Positions 55,745 through 64,000 of a stretch of DNA of 64,000 bases are shown piece by piece. Source of the DNA: Erysipelotrichaceae bacterium. Its GTDB lineage: Bacteria > Bacillota_I > Bacilli_A > Erysipelotrichales > Erysipelotrichaceae. The notes under the pieces are model-generated. The model saw only the letters and a list, made by a program, of their open reading frames with translations. It ran no database searches and was not told the origin of the DNA. The stretch is taken from positions 9,029 to 73,028 of the forward strand of contig JAFRCV010000018.1 of the NCBI GenBank assembly GCA_017404205.1, written 5' to 3'. Each line of letters begins with the position of its first letter. The first letter of the stretch is position 1. The position numbers and the translations under genes were made by a program.

Positions 55745-57604
55745 ATGGCAATAAAACAATTTAAAACAGAATCAAAAAGACTTCTAGATTTAATGGCAAA
55801 TTCCATTTATACAAATACCGACATCTTTTTAAGAGAGTTAATATCTAACGCTTCTGATGCCTTAGATAAACGCTATTTTTTATCATTAACAGATACAAAC
55901 ATTAAAAGCGAAGACTTAAAAATAAAAATATATGCCGATAAGAAAGAAAAGACGATTACGATTATTGACAATGGTATTGGTATGTCTAAAGAAGATTTAG
56001 AAAACAACCTAGGAACTATCGCTAAATCTGGATCATTTGAATTCAAAGAAAACTTAGATGAAAAAGAAAAAGTCGATATCATTGGACAATTTGGTGTTGG
56101 CTTCTATAGTGCATTTATGGTAGCTGATAAAATTGAAGTTTTATCTAAAAAAATAAATGAAGATAAAGCTTATTTATGGACAGGAACACTAGATGGCTAT
56201 GAAGTTAAACAAGCCAAGAAAGATGATTTTGGTACTACAATAATTCTTTATATTAAGGACAATTCTAAAGAAAAGAAATATGATCAATATTTAAATATCG
56301 ATAATCTAGAAATGTTAGTAAAAAAATATTCTGATTTCATTAGATATCCAATCATCATGAATATTGAAAGCTATGGAGAAAATGGCGCCAAAGAAACTAA
56401 AGAAACAACCGTCAACTCAATGGTACCTATTTGGAAGAAACCAAAAAAAGAATTAAAAGATGAAGATTATCAAATGTTCTATAGTACAAATTATTATGAC
56501 TTTGAAAAGCCACTAAGTACTTTACATTATAAAGTTGAAGGAAATACATCTTATAGTGCCTTATTATTTATTCCAAGTGTAAGACCATTAAATTATTTTT
56601 CTAATGATTATAAATTAGATTTAAAACTTTATTCTAAAGGTGTTTTCATCAAAGATGAAGCTAAAGAATTAATATCCGATTATTTTAGATTTGTAAGAGG
56701 TGTTGTTGATAGCGATGATTTATCTTTAAATATTTCAAGAGAAATCTTGCAAGAGAATCATCAAATGGCTGCATTAAAGAAATCGATTGATAAAAAAATA
56801 AAATCAACACTTGTAAAGATGTTAGAGAATAATCGTGAAGACTATGAAAAATTCTTTGAACAATTTGGCCAACAATTAAAATTCGGTGCATATGATCATT
56901 ATGGTGCAAACAAAGATGAATTAGTTGACTTATTAATCTTCAAATCAAGCTATGAGGATAAATATGTAACATTAAAAGAATATGTTTCAAGAATGAAAGA
57001 AGACCAAAAAGAAATCTACTTCGCAAGTGGTCCAAGCATTAAAGCTATTAAGGAACTACCAGAACTTGAAACTGTACTTGATAAGGGCTATGAAATATTA
57101 TATTTCACTGATAGTGTTGATGAATTCATGGCTAATGTTCTTCATGATTATGATGGTAAGATATTTAAATCACTTCAACAGGGCAATTTAGATTTTGATA
57201 CAAAAGAAGAAAAAGAAAAAATCGAAAAGAAAGCTAAAGATAATGAAGATTTAATCAATAAGATCAAAGAAGAATTAAAAGATAAAGTAAACGATGTTCG
57301 CTTAACAAACCGTTTAAAATCTTCTGCCGTATGCCTAGTTTCGGATGATGGCTTATCATTCAATATGGAAAAAACTTTAAATGCGATTAATCAAGGCGCA
57401 GTTAAAGCTAATAAGATTCTTGAAATTAATCCAAATCATGAATTGTTCAAAGCATTGAATTCAGTTTATAAAAAAGGCAATGATATAAAAGATTATTCAA
57501 TTCTATTATATGAACAAGCACAACTAATTGCAGGGCTTCCATTAGAAGATCCAATTGCCTATAGTAAAAGAGTAGCTGATTTAATGTTGAAAGCTATGTC
57601 TTAG
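55745..57604 (+). CDS. htpG: Molecular chaperone HtpG (Hsp90)
   Basis: 619 aa with LRELISNASDALDK, GQFGVGFYS and full-length Hsp90 architecture. Confidence 0.96.
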   Translation: MAIKQFKTESKRLLDLMANSIYTNTDIFLRELISNASDALDKRYFLSLTDTNIKSEDLKIKIYADKKEKTITIIDNGIGMSKEDLENNLGTIAKSGSFEFKENLDEKEKVDIIGQFGVGFYSAFMVADKIEVLSKKINEDKAYLWTGTLDGYEVKQAKKDDFGTTIILYIKDNSKEKKYDQYLNIDNLEMLVKKYSDFIRYPIIMNIESYGENGAKETKETTVNSMVPIWKKPKKELKDEDYQMFYSTNYYDFEKPLSTLHYKVEGNTSYSALLFIPSVRPLNYFSNDYKLDLKLYSKGVFIKDEAKELISDYFRFVRGVVDSDDLSLNISREILQENHQMAALKKSIDKKIKSTLVKMLENNREDYEKFFEQFGQQLKFGAYDHYGANKDELVDLLIFKSSYEDKYVTLKEYVSRMKEDQKEIYFASGPSIKAIKELPELETVLDKGYEILYFTDSVDEFMANVLHDYDGKIFKSLQQGNLDFDTKEEKEKIEKKAKDNEDLINKIKEELKDKVNDVRLTNRLKSSAVCLVSDDGLSFNMEKTLNAINQGAVKANKILEINPNHELFKALNSVYKKGNDIKDYSILLYEQAQLIAGLPLEDPIAYSKRVADLMLKAMS

Positions 57605-57628
57605 TTCACTTATAAAGTGAACTTTTTT
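57603..57628 (+). terminator. Intrinsic terminator after htpG
   Basis: AGTTCACTT-ata-AAGTGAACT followed by TTTTT. Confidence 0.65.
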
Positions 57629-57658
57629 ATTATAAAATATTGCTATGAGGTGAAAGCA

Positions 57659-58633
57659 ATGGGCATAAGATTTAGAAAAAGCATCAAAATTGCCAATGGC
57701 ATAAGATTAAATGTCAGCAAGTCTGGCGTTAGTTTATCATTAGGAAAAAAAGGTTTACACTATTCAATTAATTCTAAAGGCACATCTACAGCAACCGCAA
57801 GCCTTCCAGGTACTGGCTTGTCATATCAAAAGAAATTCAATACATTTGGTGGCTTAAAAAAATTATTTGAAGGCGATGATTCAAAAACAAAATATATTAA
57901 AGAAACTAACGAAATAGTACCAATTGATAATGAATTAGAAGACAAATACAATGATTTCAATGAATATATTAAAGATATTAAGTCATTTCATAAAAATGTA
58001 TCGGAAAAAATTGATTGGGAAATTCTTTCTAACGGTCAAATAAAAGAAGACGCAAGCGAAGAAGAAAAAGAACAATATGTAAATGCCATTAGCTTAGCTA
58101 AAAGAGTATTAAATAAAGATAGTGATGCCTATTTAGAAGTAATGGATAAGTATTCACCGATGGAAGAAATATCGGCATTTGGTTCTGATTTTGAATTTGG
58201 AAGTGATGATGGTGATGTTTTATTATGTAGATTTAATGTCAAAATAAATGATGTTGTGCCTAAAACTGGCTTTAAGAAAAGTGAAACAACAAATAAAATT
58301 AGTGAATGTGAAATAAAGGGAAGCCAATTTAATGATTTAGCACAAGATTATGTATGTAGTTGTGCAATAAGAATCGCAAGAGAAGCTTTCGCTTTATTGC
58401 CTGTAGACTTCGTGGTTGTCAATGCAGAAGATTTATTATTTGATTCTTCAACAGGCAATCAAAGAGATGCCACTATTCTTTCTGTTTTATTTGTAAGAGA
58501 AGGTTTTAAAGATATTAATTTTGAAATGATTGATCCAAGCGATTTTGTCGCAAGATTCAAATCAAATTTGTCTTTCAGTAAAACAAATGGATTTAAAGAA
58601 GTTAAAGATATTGAAATTCCAAAATTTAGATAA
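57659..58633 (+). CDS. DUF4236-domain protein of unknown function
   Basis: MGIRFRKSIKIANGIRLNVSKSGVSLSLGKKGLHYSINSKG is the DUF4236 signature. I prefer the ATG at 57659 (SD GAGGTGA). The track start is a GTG inside the htpG terminator. Confidence 0.7.
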   Translation: MGIRFRKSIKIANGIRLNVSKSGVSLSLGKKGLHYSINSKGTSTATASLPGTGLSYQKKFNTFGGLKKLFEGDDSKTKYIKETNEIVPIDNELEDKYNDFNEYIKDIKSFHKNVSEKIDWEILSNGQIKEDASEEEKEQYVNAISLAKRVLNKDSDAYLEVMDKYSPMEEISAFGSDFEFGSDDGDVLLCRFNVKINDVVPKTGFKKSETTNKISECEIKGSQFNDLAQDYVCSCAIRIAREAFALLPVDFVVVNAEDLLFDSSTGNQRDATILSVLFVREGFKDINFEMIDPSDFVARFKSNLSFSKTNGFKEVKDIEIPKFR

Positions 58634-58659
58634 AGTTATTCGCATGAATAACTTTTTTT
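58632..58659 (+). terminator. Intrinsic terminator after the DUF4236 gene
   Basis: AAAGTTATTC-gcat-GAATAACTTT followed by TTTT. Confidence 0.65.
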
Positions 58660-58740
58660 ATTAGCCAATATGATTATGTGGCCTTTTATTATAAAATATT
58701 GTTAAGAACAATAAACAAATAATTAATAAGGAGAGCCCAT

Positions 58741-60231
58741 ATGGAGTACAAAAGACTCATAAGCAAGGACAAATATAAAAAGCTTACTTTGCTACATTCA
58801 AATGATATGCATGGTGATTTCTTTGAAGAAAAAATCGATGAGAAATTAACTGGAGGCGTATCTATGCTTTCAGGTTATCTAACAAAATGCCGCAATGAAG
58901 ATCCAAATGTTATTTATGCAATAGCTGGTGATATGTTTAGAGGATCAGTTATTGATTCAGAATTTCATGGCCTCTCTACAATTCAAATTGTTAATCAGCT
59001 TGCTCCAGATATTGTTACCTTAGGAAATCATGAAACTGATTATGGTGTAGCTCATTTATTATTCTTAGAAAAAATGGCTACTTTCCCTATCATAAATGCT
59101 AATTTATATATTAAAGGAAATGATACAAGATTATTTAAGCCATATCATATTATTGAAATTGATGGTATAAGAATCTTGTTCATTGGCATTTTAACTGAAG
59201 AAGTAATATCACAAACAAAAGGCGAAAACTTAATTGGATCGTTTATTGGCATTGAAGAAGCTGCTAAAGAAGTTGGCAAGATTTGTAATGCCTATAATGG
59301 TTTAGATATCGATTTAACTGTTTTATTGACACATATTGGTTTTGAAGAAGATAAAAAATTAGCTGCTATCTTAGATCCATCTTGGGGTGTTGATATTATC
59401 ATTGGTGGACATTCTCATACCTTTATTGATGAACCAGCAATAGTAAATAATATCTTAATTGTTCAAGCAGGAACAGGAACAGACCAAATTGGTAGATTTG
59501 ATTTAATAATTGATACTGATGAAAACTGCATTGATTCTTATTCATGGCAAGCTGTTCCTATTAATGAAGAAAACTGTCCAAGAGATAAAAGAATTGAGGA
59601 TTTAATTCATTCAATAAAAGCTAAAACTGATTTGAAATATGCCAAAGTTGTAGCTAATTTTGATTATGAACTAACTCATCCAGACAGATGGACACAAACA
59701 GATTTAGGTGGTGTCTTTGCGGATGCAATGAAAGATAGTTTAAAGACTGATATTTACTTGATGGGCTCAGGCTCTGTAAGAAAGACTAAAATGGGACCAA
59801 TTGTAACATTCCAAGACTTCAGTGAATGCTATCCATATGATGGAAAATCATATGGTCTAAAGCTGAGTGGTGCTCAATTAAAGAAAGCTTTATTGCATAT
59901 TTATCGTGATGAAGCTTGGCTTGGCGATCATACTGAATTCTATCAATTATCAAAAGGCATGCATGTTGTTTATTCTAAGTCTAAGCACGAATTATTAACA
60001 TGCGAATTAAATGGTGAAGCAATTGAAGATGATAAATATTATATTGTTGGCATTGGCGAATTCCATTACAACAATTTGGAAGCATTCTTTAATTTAACTT
60101 ATGATGAAGTTAAAGCTAATGATGAGCCTATCATCTTAACAACAAGTGATGTACAAACATTATTAGAATATTTTGAAAACAATAAGCATCTAGGTTTTGG
60201 GCTTGAAGGACGCCTTGAGGTCTTAGATTGA
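58741..60231 (+). CDS. Metallophosphatase/5'-nucleotidase family protein with no signal peptide
   Basis: LLHSNDMHGDF, AGDMFRG, GNHETDYG and GGHSHT motifs plus a C-terminal 5'-nucleotidase domain. The N-terminus is hydrophilic. Confidence 0.85.
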   Translation: MEYKRLISKDKYKKLTLLHSNDMHGDFFEEKIDEKLTGGVSMLSGYLTKCRNEDPNVIYAIAGDMFRGSVIDSEFHGLSTIQIVNQLAPDIVTLGNHETDYGVAHLLFLEKMATFPIINANLYIKGNDTRLFKPYHIIEIDGIRILFIGILTEEVISQTKGENLIGSFIGIEEAAKEVGKICNAYNGLDIDLTVLLTHIGFEEDKKLAAILDPSWGVDIIIGGHSHTFIDEPAIVNNILIVQAGTGTDQIGRFDLIIDTDENCIDSYSWQAVPINEENCPRDKRIEDLIHSIKAKTDLKYAKVVANFDYELTHPDRWTQTDLGGVFADAMKDSLKTDIYLMGSGSVRKTKMGPIVTFQDFSECYPYDGKSYGLKLSGAQLKKALLHIYRDEAWLGDHTEFYQLSKGMHVVYSKSKHELLTCELNGEAIEDDKYYIVGIGEFHYNNLEAFFNLTYDEVKANDEPIILTTSDVQTLLEYFENNKHLGFGLEGRLEVLD

Positions 60232-61895
60232 TGAGAAAAAAATTAATAATAACATTACTCTTTTCTTTAACAATTTCATTGTTTGTGATTCATCATCACG
60301 AACATATTCACGCTATTGATTCTTGTCCAAATTGTGGAAGCACAAATATTAATTTAACTATGTCACAACTTCCTATAGGCTGCGAAGATCCTGGTTTTGA
60401 AACATATGAATGTGCTGATTGTTTTAATGTTTGGCAAAACAGCTTGCCTGCAGTTGGCCATAATTGGGGAGTAGCTTCGATTGTTACGGCTGCAACTTGT
60501 AATAGTTCTGGAAGTTCAATTCAAACTTGTTCAAGGTGTGGAACAACAAGAACAAATACGATTGCACCTTTGGGACATAATTATGTAATCACATCACAAA
60601 AAGAAGCCACTTGTCTAACATCTGGCTTTACTACATATAAATGTTCTAGATGTGTAGAAACATATACAAATAATATCGCTGCTTTAGGACATGATTATGA
60701 GTATGAGGAAGTAGATGCAAGTTGTAATGAAGAAGGCCACAAGATTGGCATTTGTAAAAGATGTAATGATAAAACAGAAGAAATATTTCCAGCGCTAGGA
60801 CACGATATGGCTGATCCTGTGATCGTTCAAGAAGCCACATGCACCAAAGATGGTTTAAAGGAAGGAATTTGTAAACGTTGCGAAGAAAAGATAAGTGAAA
60901 TAATTCCAATGCTTGGCCACGATTTTGGTGATTGGGTAATTCAAGTTGAAGCAACTTATTTTAAAGAAGGACTACAATTTAAAACTTGTTCAAGATGCGA
61001 TGAAAGATTAGAAGAAACCATAGCTAAATTAAATCCTACTCCTTTAATCACTAAGGCAGGCATTGGTGTTGTTGGGCTTGGAATAGTTGGCAGTGGCATA
61101 TATTTTGGCCTTACAAAATCTGGAATAATTGGTAAAAAGATTGTTAAAAATGTTGTGGAAGCTGCAGGTAAAAAGTTTATTCCTAAATTTGAAACCAAAA
61201 CAATTATCACAACTTTTAAAGATTACAAATTATTTGAATTGTTAAAAAAGCAAAGATACCTATCAGTTAAAACATGTGATTTTGCATCTCTAGATTCATC
61301 AATTGAAGAAAATGAACCACATCTAATAATTATTGATGTCTTAAGTGACGAACATTTAAATGAATTAGTAGATATTATTAATGATGAAGAAAACGAAAAC
61401 AAATTTGCTTTCCTTGTTCATCCTGATGTATTAAATGATCATAAAGATGAGCTTGATGGTCTAAAGAAAAATAAAAAATTTATTGGCTATGTAAGTATCT
61501 TAGATGATCCTTATCTAGGACTTGTAAAACTTATCTTGCCTATTTTAAAACCAGAGATTAAATCTGATGAAACACTTGAAAATATTGGTGGAATAGCTGA
61601 TGCTTTAGGCGTTCCTGGAATTTCTAAAATTATTGATGTATACATTAGCGGAAGAGATATCAAAGCGACACTTGATGAAGGTGAGCTTGGTATAAGCGAA
61701 GATGCATCCATCATCTCAAATATCGCTTCAATCTTGGGTTTTGATACAATTGCATCTGTTACCGGCTTAGTTGAAGATATTAATGATATTAAAACAGCCG
61801 TTGATAAGGAGTCAGGGTTAAGTGAAGAAGTTGACGGTGTTGAAGCTGCTAAAGATGTGGTTGAAGTTATTTCTGATTTAATAAATAAAGAATAA
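60231..61895 (+). CDS. Bitopic membrane protein: signal peptide, tandem Cys3-His repeats, TM helix, acidic cytoplasmic domain
   Basis: MRKKLIITLLFSLTISLFVI, then repeats, then the TM helix AGIGVVGLGIVGSGIYFGL, then about 270 aa of unknown domain. The ATG at 60231 shares one nucleotide with the upstream TGA (TGATG). The track start is TTG. Confidence 0.6.
   Translation: MRKKLIITLLFSLTISLFVIHHHEHIHAIDSCPNCGSTNINLTMSQLPIGCEDPGFETYECADCFNVWQNSLPAVGHNWGVASIVTAATCNSSGSSIQTCSRCGTTRTNTIAPLGHNYVITSQKEATCLTSGFTTYKCSRCVETYTNNIAALGHDYEYEEVDASCNEEGHKIGICKRCNDKTEEIFPALGHDMADPVIVQEATCTKDGLKEGICKRCEEKISEIIPMLGHDFGDWVIQVEATYFKEGLQFKTCSRCDERLEETIAKLNPTPLITKAGIGVVGLGIVGSGIYFGLTKSGIIGKKIVKNVVEAAGKKFIPKFETKTIITTFKDYKLFELLKKQRYLSVKTCDFASLDSSIEENEPHLIIIDVLSDEHLNELVDIINDEENENKFAFLVHPDVLNDHKDELDGLKKNKKFIGYVSILDDPYLGLVKLILPILKPEIKSDETLENIGGIADALGVPGISKIIDVYISGRDIKATLDEGELGISEDASIISNIASILGFDTIASVTGLVEDINDIKTAVDKESGLSEEVDGVEAAKDVVEVISDLINKE
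60450..61023 (+). repeat. Five tandem ~37-aa coding repeats, each G-H-[DN]-x...C-x8-9-C-x2-C
   Basis: The five units are: GHNWGVASIVTAATCNSSGSSIQTCSRCGTTRTNTIAPL; GHNYVITSQKEATCLTSGFTTYKCSRCVETYTNNIAAL; GHDYEYEEVDASCNEEGHKIGICKRCNDKTEEIFPAL; GHDMADPVIVQEATCTKDGLKEGICKRCEEKISEIIPML; GHDFGDWVIQVEATYFKEGLQFKTCSRCDERLEETIAKL. Confidence 0.8.
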
Positions 61896-61897
61896 AT

Positions 61898-61950
61898 AAA
61901 AGGGGCAACCCTTTAAACTAATCACTTAGTTTTTGGACAGCCCCTTTTTT
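61898..61950. terminator. Compound hairpin between convergent genes
   Basis: AAAAGGGGC...GCCCCTTTT outer stem enclosing AAACTAA-tcac-TTAGTTT. Confidence 0.45.
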
Positions 61951-61951
61951 A

Positions 61952-62488
61952 TTATTTACGATTATCATATGCCAAATCTTCTTTGTTGACTTCTTTAATT
62001 CCTTTTAAAACTTCATTGGCATATTCACTACTTATTGAAACAACTATATTACTCATATCTTCAGGAATGAAACAAATTGAATAATTATTAATGACTATTG
62101 AATGGATACTGCTCCAATTAGTTAGAAAGTCTCTTTTATCATCCTTAAATCTTACACCTTCATCATTTATCTCAATTATTTTTGTACCTGTATTATTAAT
62201 ATATTCTTTAATTCTCTTATTTGCGTTTAATAAGACAAATATATAATATGCAAGAAGTATACTGCTGATGCCAGCTAAATATATAAACAATAAATCATGA
62301 AATGCTTTATTCGCAATAAACATAATTGCGATATAAATGATTAATAATACGATAAATACTGATAAATATTTTGTTAAGCTGTGGACCTTTACACGAGGAT
62401 TCTTTTTAATCTTTTTGTAATATGATAAAACATATAACATTTCATCATAATATTCTCTTGGACCAGGTGTAGAAATCTCTAGTTTCAT
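61952..62488 (-). CDS. YcxB-like membrane protein of unknown function
   Basis: Two central TM helices followed by a soluble C-terminal domain. The layout resembles the YcxB family. No strong motif. Confidence 0.4.
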   Translation of the reverse strand: MKLEISTPGPREYYDEMLYVLSYYKKIKKNPRVKVHSLTKYLSVFIVLLIIYIAIMFIANKAFHDLLFIYLAGISSILLAYYIFVLLNANKRIKEYINNTGTKIIEINDEGVRFKDDKRDFLTNWSSIHSIVINNYSICFIPEDMSNIVVSISSEYANEVLKGIKEVNKEDLAYDNRK

Positions 62489-63882
62489 TATTCACTCTCC
62501 TTTTCAGCAAAGAAGACATCATTTAAATCATAATATGAACCGATATAACCGTTGTCACCATCATCAATAGTGCCAGCGCCTTCTGATACATAGCCCTTCA
62601 TTATTTCTTCATAATATGGGCTATCTGAATCAACAAAGCCATTCATAACTAAGTCAATCTTACCTTTAGCTATTTCGATATTCTTTTCATATGTAACAAC
62701 ATAATATACAGCATCAATTAATTGACCTTCTCCATCTAAGAAGAAATTATCAATTGTATAACCTTCTTCAAATGTCTTAGCTAATGCGAACAATGTTTCT
62801 TTCTCTTCACTTGAGAAATTGTTTTCACATATTAAGTCCATTAGCCAACTCATGCCAACCATTTCTAAAATATATGGATGAGTTGCGATTTTTTTAATCA
62901 AACTGTTAATGATTAAAGCTTGATTTCTGATACGCCCCATATCGTTATTTACAATGCCATCATATTTACGATTTCTCGCAAGTGCCAAAGCGCTTTCTCC
63001 ATATAGATTTTGATATCCTTTTTCAAGTCTTTGTGGATTTGCGACATTACGATTAGAATCCATATCAAGATGCATATTCATTGGTACATTTACTCTTACG
63101 CCACCAAGCTTATTGATTCCATCAACAAAAGATGTAAATGATGTCATACAGTAATAAGGTATTTCAACGCCCAACACTTCACCTAAAGATTGTGATGGAT
63201 TCTGTGGACCGTCTTGGCAAAAATGTGTGAATTTATCATAATAGCCTGTTTTAACATTTCTTATTCTTGTATCACGAGGAATAGAAATAATTAAAACGTG
63301 CTTCTTTTGAGGATTAACAACAAGCAAATGATTTACATCATTGCGATAATTACGCCATTGGTGAAGCGAATTTTTGCCATAGCCATCTAAGCCATGAATC
63401 ATAACCATAAATGGTTCCTCGTATAAAGCTTTCACTAGATTACTAGTATCTTCGGCTTCCTTTTCCTCGTAGTAAGGCTTTTGATATGTCGCTAAAGTAT
63501 TATAATCTTCAGCATGATAATCGCCACGAAAACCATTGATTGTATCTTCACGATTATCGTATATTACCCACGCATCAATTTCGCCTTCATCAATCATCGG
63601 TTTAATAGCAGCATAATCATAAAACCAAACTAAATTGTCTTCGCTTAATTCTATGCCTTCATTAGCTAATTGTTCAAGAACATATTCTGAATATTCTCTA
63701 TCAAATGATTCATGAACAGCTAATTTCTTATCAACTAAATCTTGAACTGATTGTAAGTCTTTAGTGACTATACGAATATCTTTTGAATAAAATAAAGGTT
63801 CTTTAACCTCTTCTTCTTGTTTAGGCGTACATGCACAAAGCAACATTAAACAAGAAATCAATAATATAAAAATCTTTTTCAT
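62488..63882 (-). CDS. LytR-CpsA-Psr (LCP) family cell-wall glycopolymer ligase with an N-terminal lipoprotein signal and an extra N-domain
   Basis: MKKIFILLISCLMLLCAC is a lipobox. The LCP core is LIISIPRDTRI...FTSFVDGINKLGGVRVNVP...ALALARNRKY. I prefer the ATG at 63882. Confidence 0.8.
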   Translation of the reverse strand: MKKIFILLISCLMLLCACTPKQEEEVKEPLFYSKDIRIVTKDLQSVQDLVDKKLAVHESFDREYSEYVLEQLANEGIELSEDNLVWFYDYAAIKPMIDEGEIDAWVIYDNREDTINGFRGDYHAEDYNTLATYQKPYYEEKEAEDTSNLVKALYEEPFMVMIHGLDGYGKNSLHQWRNYRNDVNHLLVVNPQKKHVLIISIPRDTRIRNVKTGYYDKFTHFCQDGPQNPSQSLGEVLGVEIPYYCMTSFTSFVDGINKLGGVRVNVPMNMHLDMDSNRNVANPQRLEKGYQNLYGESALALARNRKYDGIVNNDMGRIRNQALIINSLIKKIATHPYILEMVGMSWLMDLICENNFSSEEKETLFALAKTFEEGYTIDNFFLDGEGQLIDAVYYVVTYEKNIEIAKGKIDLVMNGFVDSDSPYYEEIMKGYVSEGAGTIDDGDNGYIGSYYDLNDVFFAEKESE

Positions 63883-63948
63883 ACCAATTCTCCAACACAA
63901 TAATTATATACTTTAATCTTTTCCTTAAAAAATGATATTCTAAATATA

Positions 63949-64000
63949 TGGAAATAAATTATGCACAAGAAATAGAAAATCTTACTAAAAAACTTGTTTC
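63949..64000 (+). CDS. Start of an unidentified ORF truncated by the window end
   Basis: The ATG at 63949 gives MEINYAQEIENLTKKLV... Only 17 codons are visible. Confidence 0.2.

Overview
This is an AT-rich chromosomal segment (about 30% GC by eye, not computed) from a low-GC Bacillota organism. Synteny suggests an Erysipelotrichia/Mollicutes-related lineage: ezrA-cysteine desulfurase-thiI, ytqA/ytqB-like pair, rpmG-secE-nusG, a comG operon, and an EF-P with a non-PGKG loop. That placement is inference only. The code is standard: the tRNA-Trp anticodon is CCA, and TGA, TAA and TAG all act as stops.

Most of the window is tightly packed housekeeping:
- Translation and RNA modification: leuS with a Leu T-box, rpsD, gmk, rqcH, rluB, efp.
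- Metabolism: trxA, nagB, nfnAB-like genes, a Na/Pi transporter, azlCD, fhs-fchA-folD.
- Stress and envelope: htrA, a DtxR-family regulator, htpG with a perfect CIRCE, a 5'-nucleotidase, an LCP protein.

Accessory or unusual content:
1. A roughly 9.2 kb minus-strand operon (22297-31500) looks like a reduced, rewired type VII secretion locus. It encodes two WXG100-like proteins, a 643-aa lipoprotein, a 1215-aa EssC-like FtsK/SpoIIIE ATPase with one intact P-loop, a 77-aa possible YukD-like protein, and a 914-aa membrane-anchored GH73-like hydrolase. No EsaA, EssA or EssB is recognisable.
2. A glmS-type ribozyme sits in the 5' leader of nagB rather than glmS.
3. A giant BspA-type LRR surface protein (truncated by the window edge) lies downstream of a DUF2971-like gene. 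Both sit under a divergent XRE regulator with paired palindromic operators.
4. A decayed AbrB/PrlF-like antitoxin gene carries three in-frame stops.
5. A membrane protein with tandem Cys3-His repeats is translationally coupled to a cytoplasmic 5'-nucleotidase.

No CRISPR array, transposase, integrase or rRNA was seen. All product calls come from motif recognition by eye. No database search was run.
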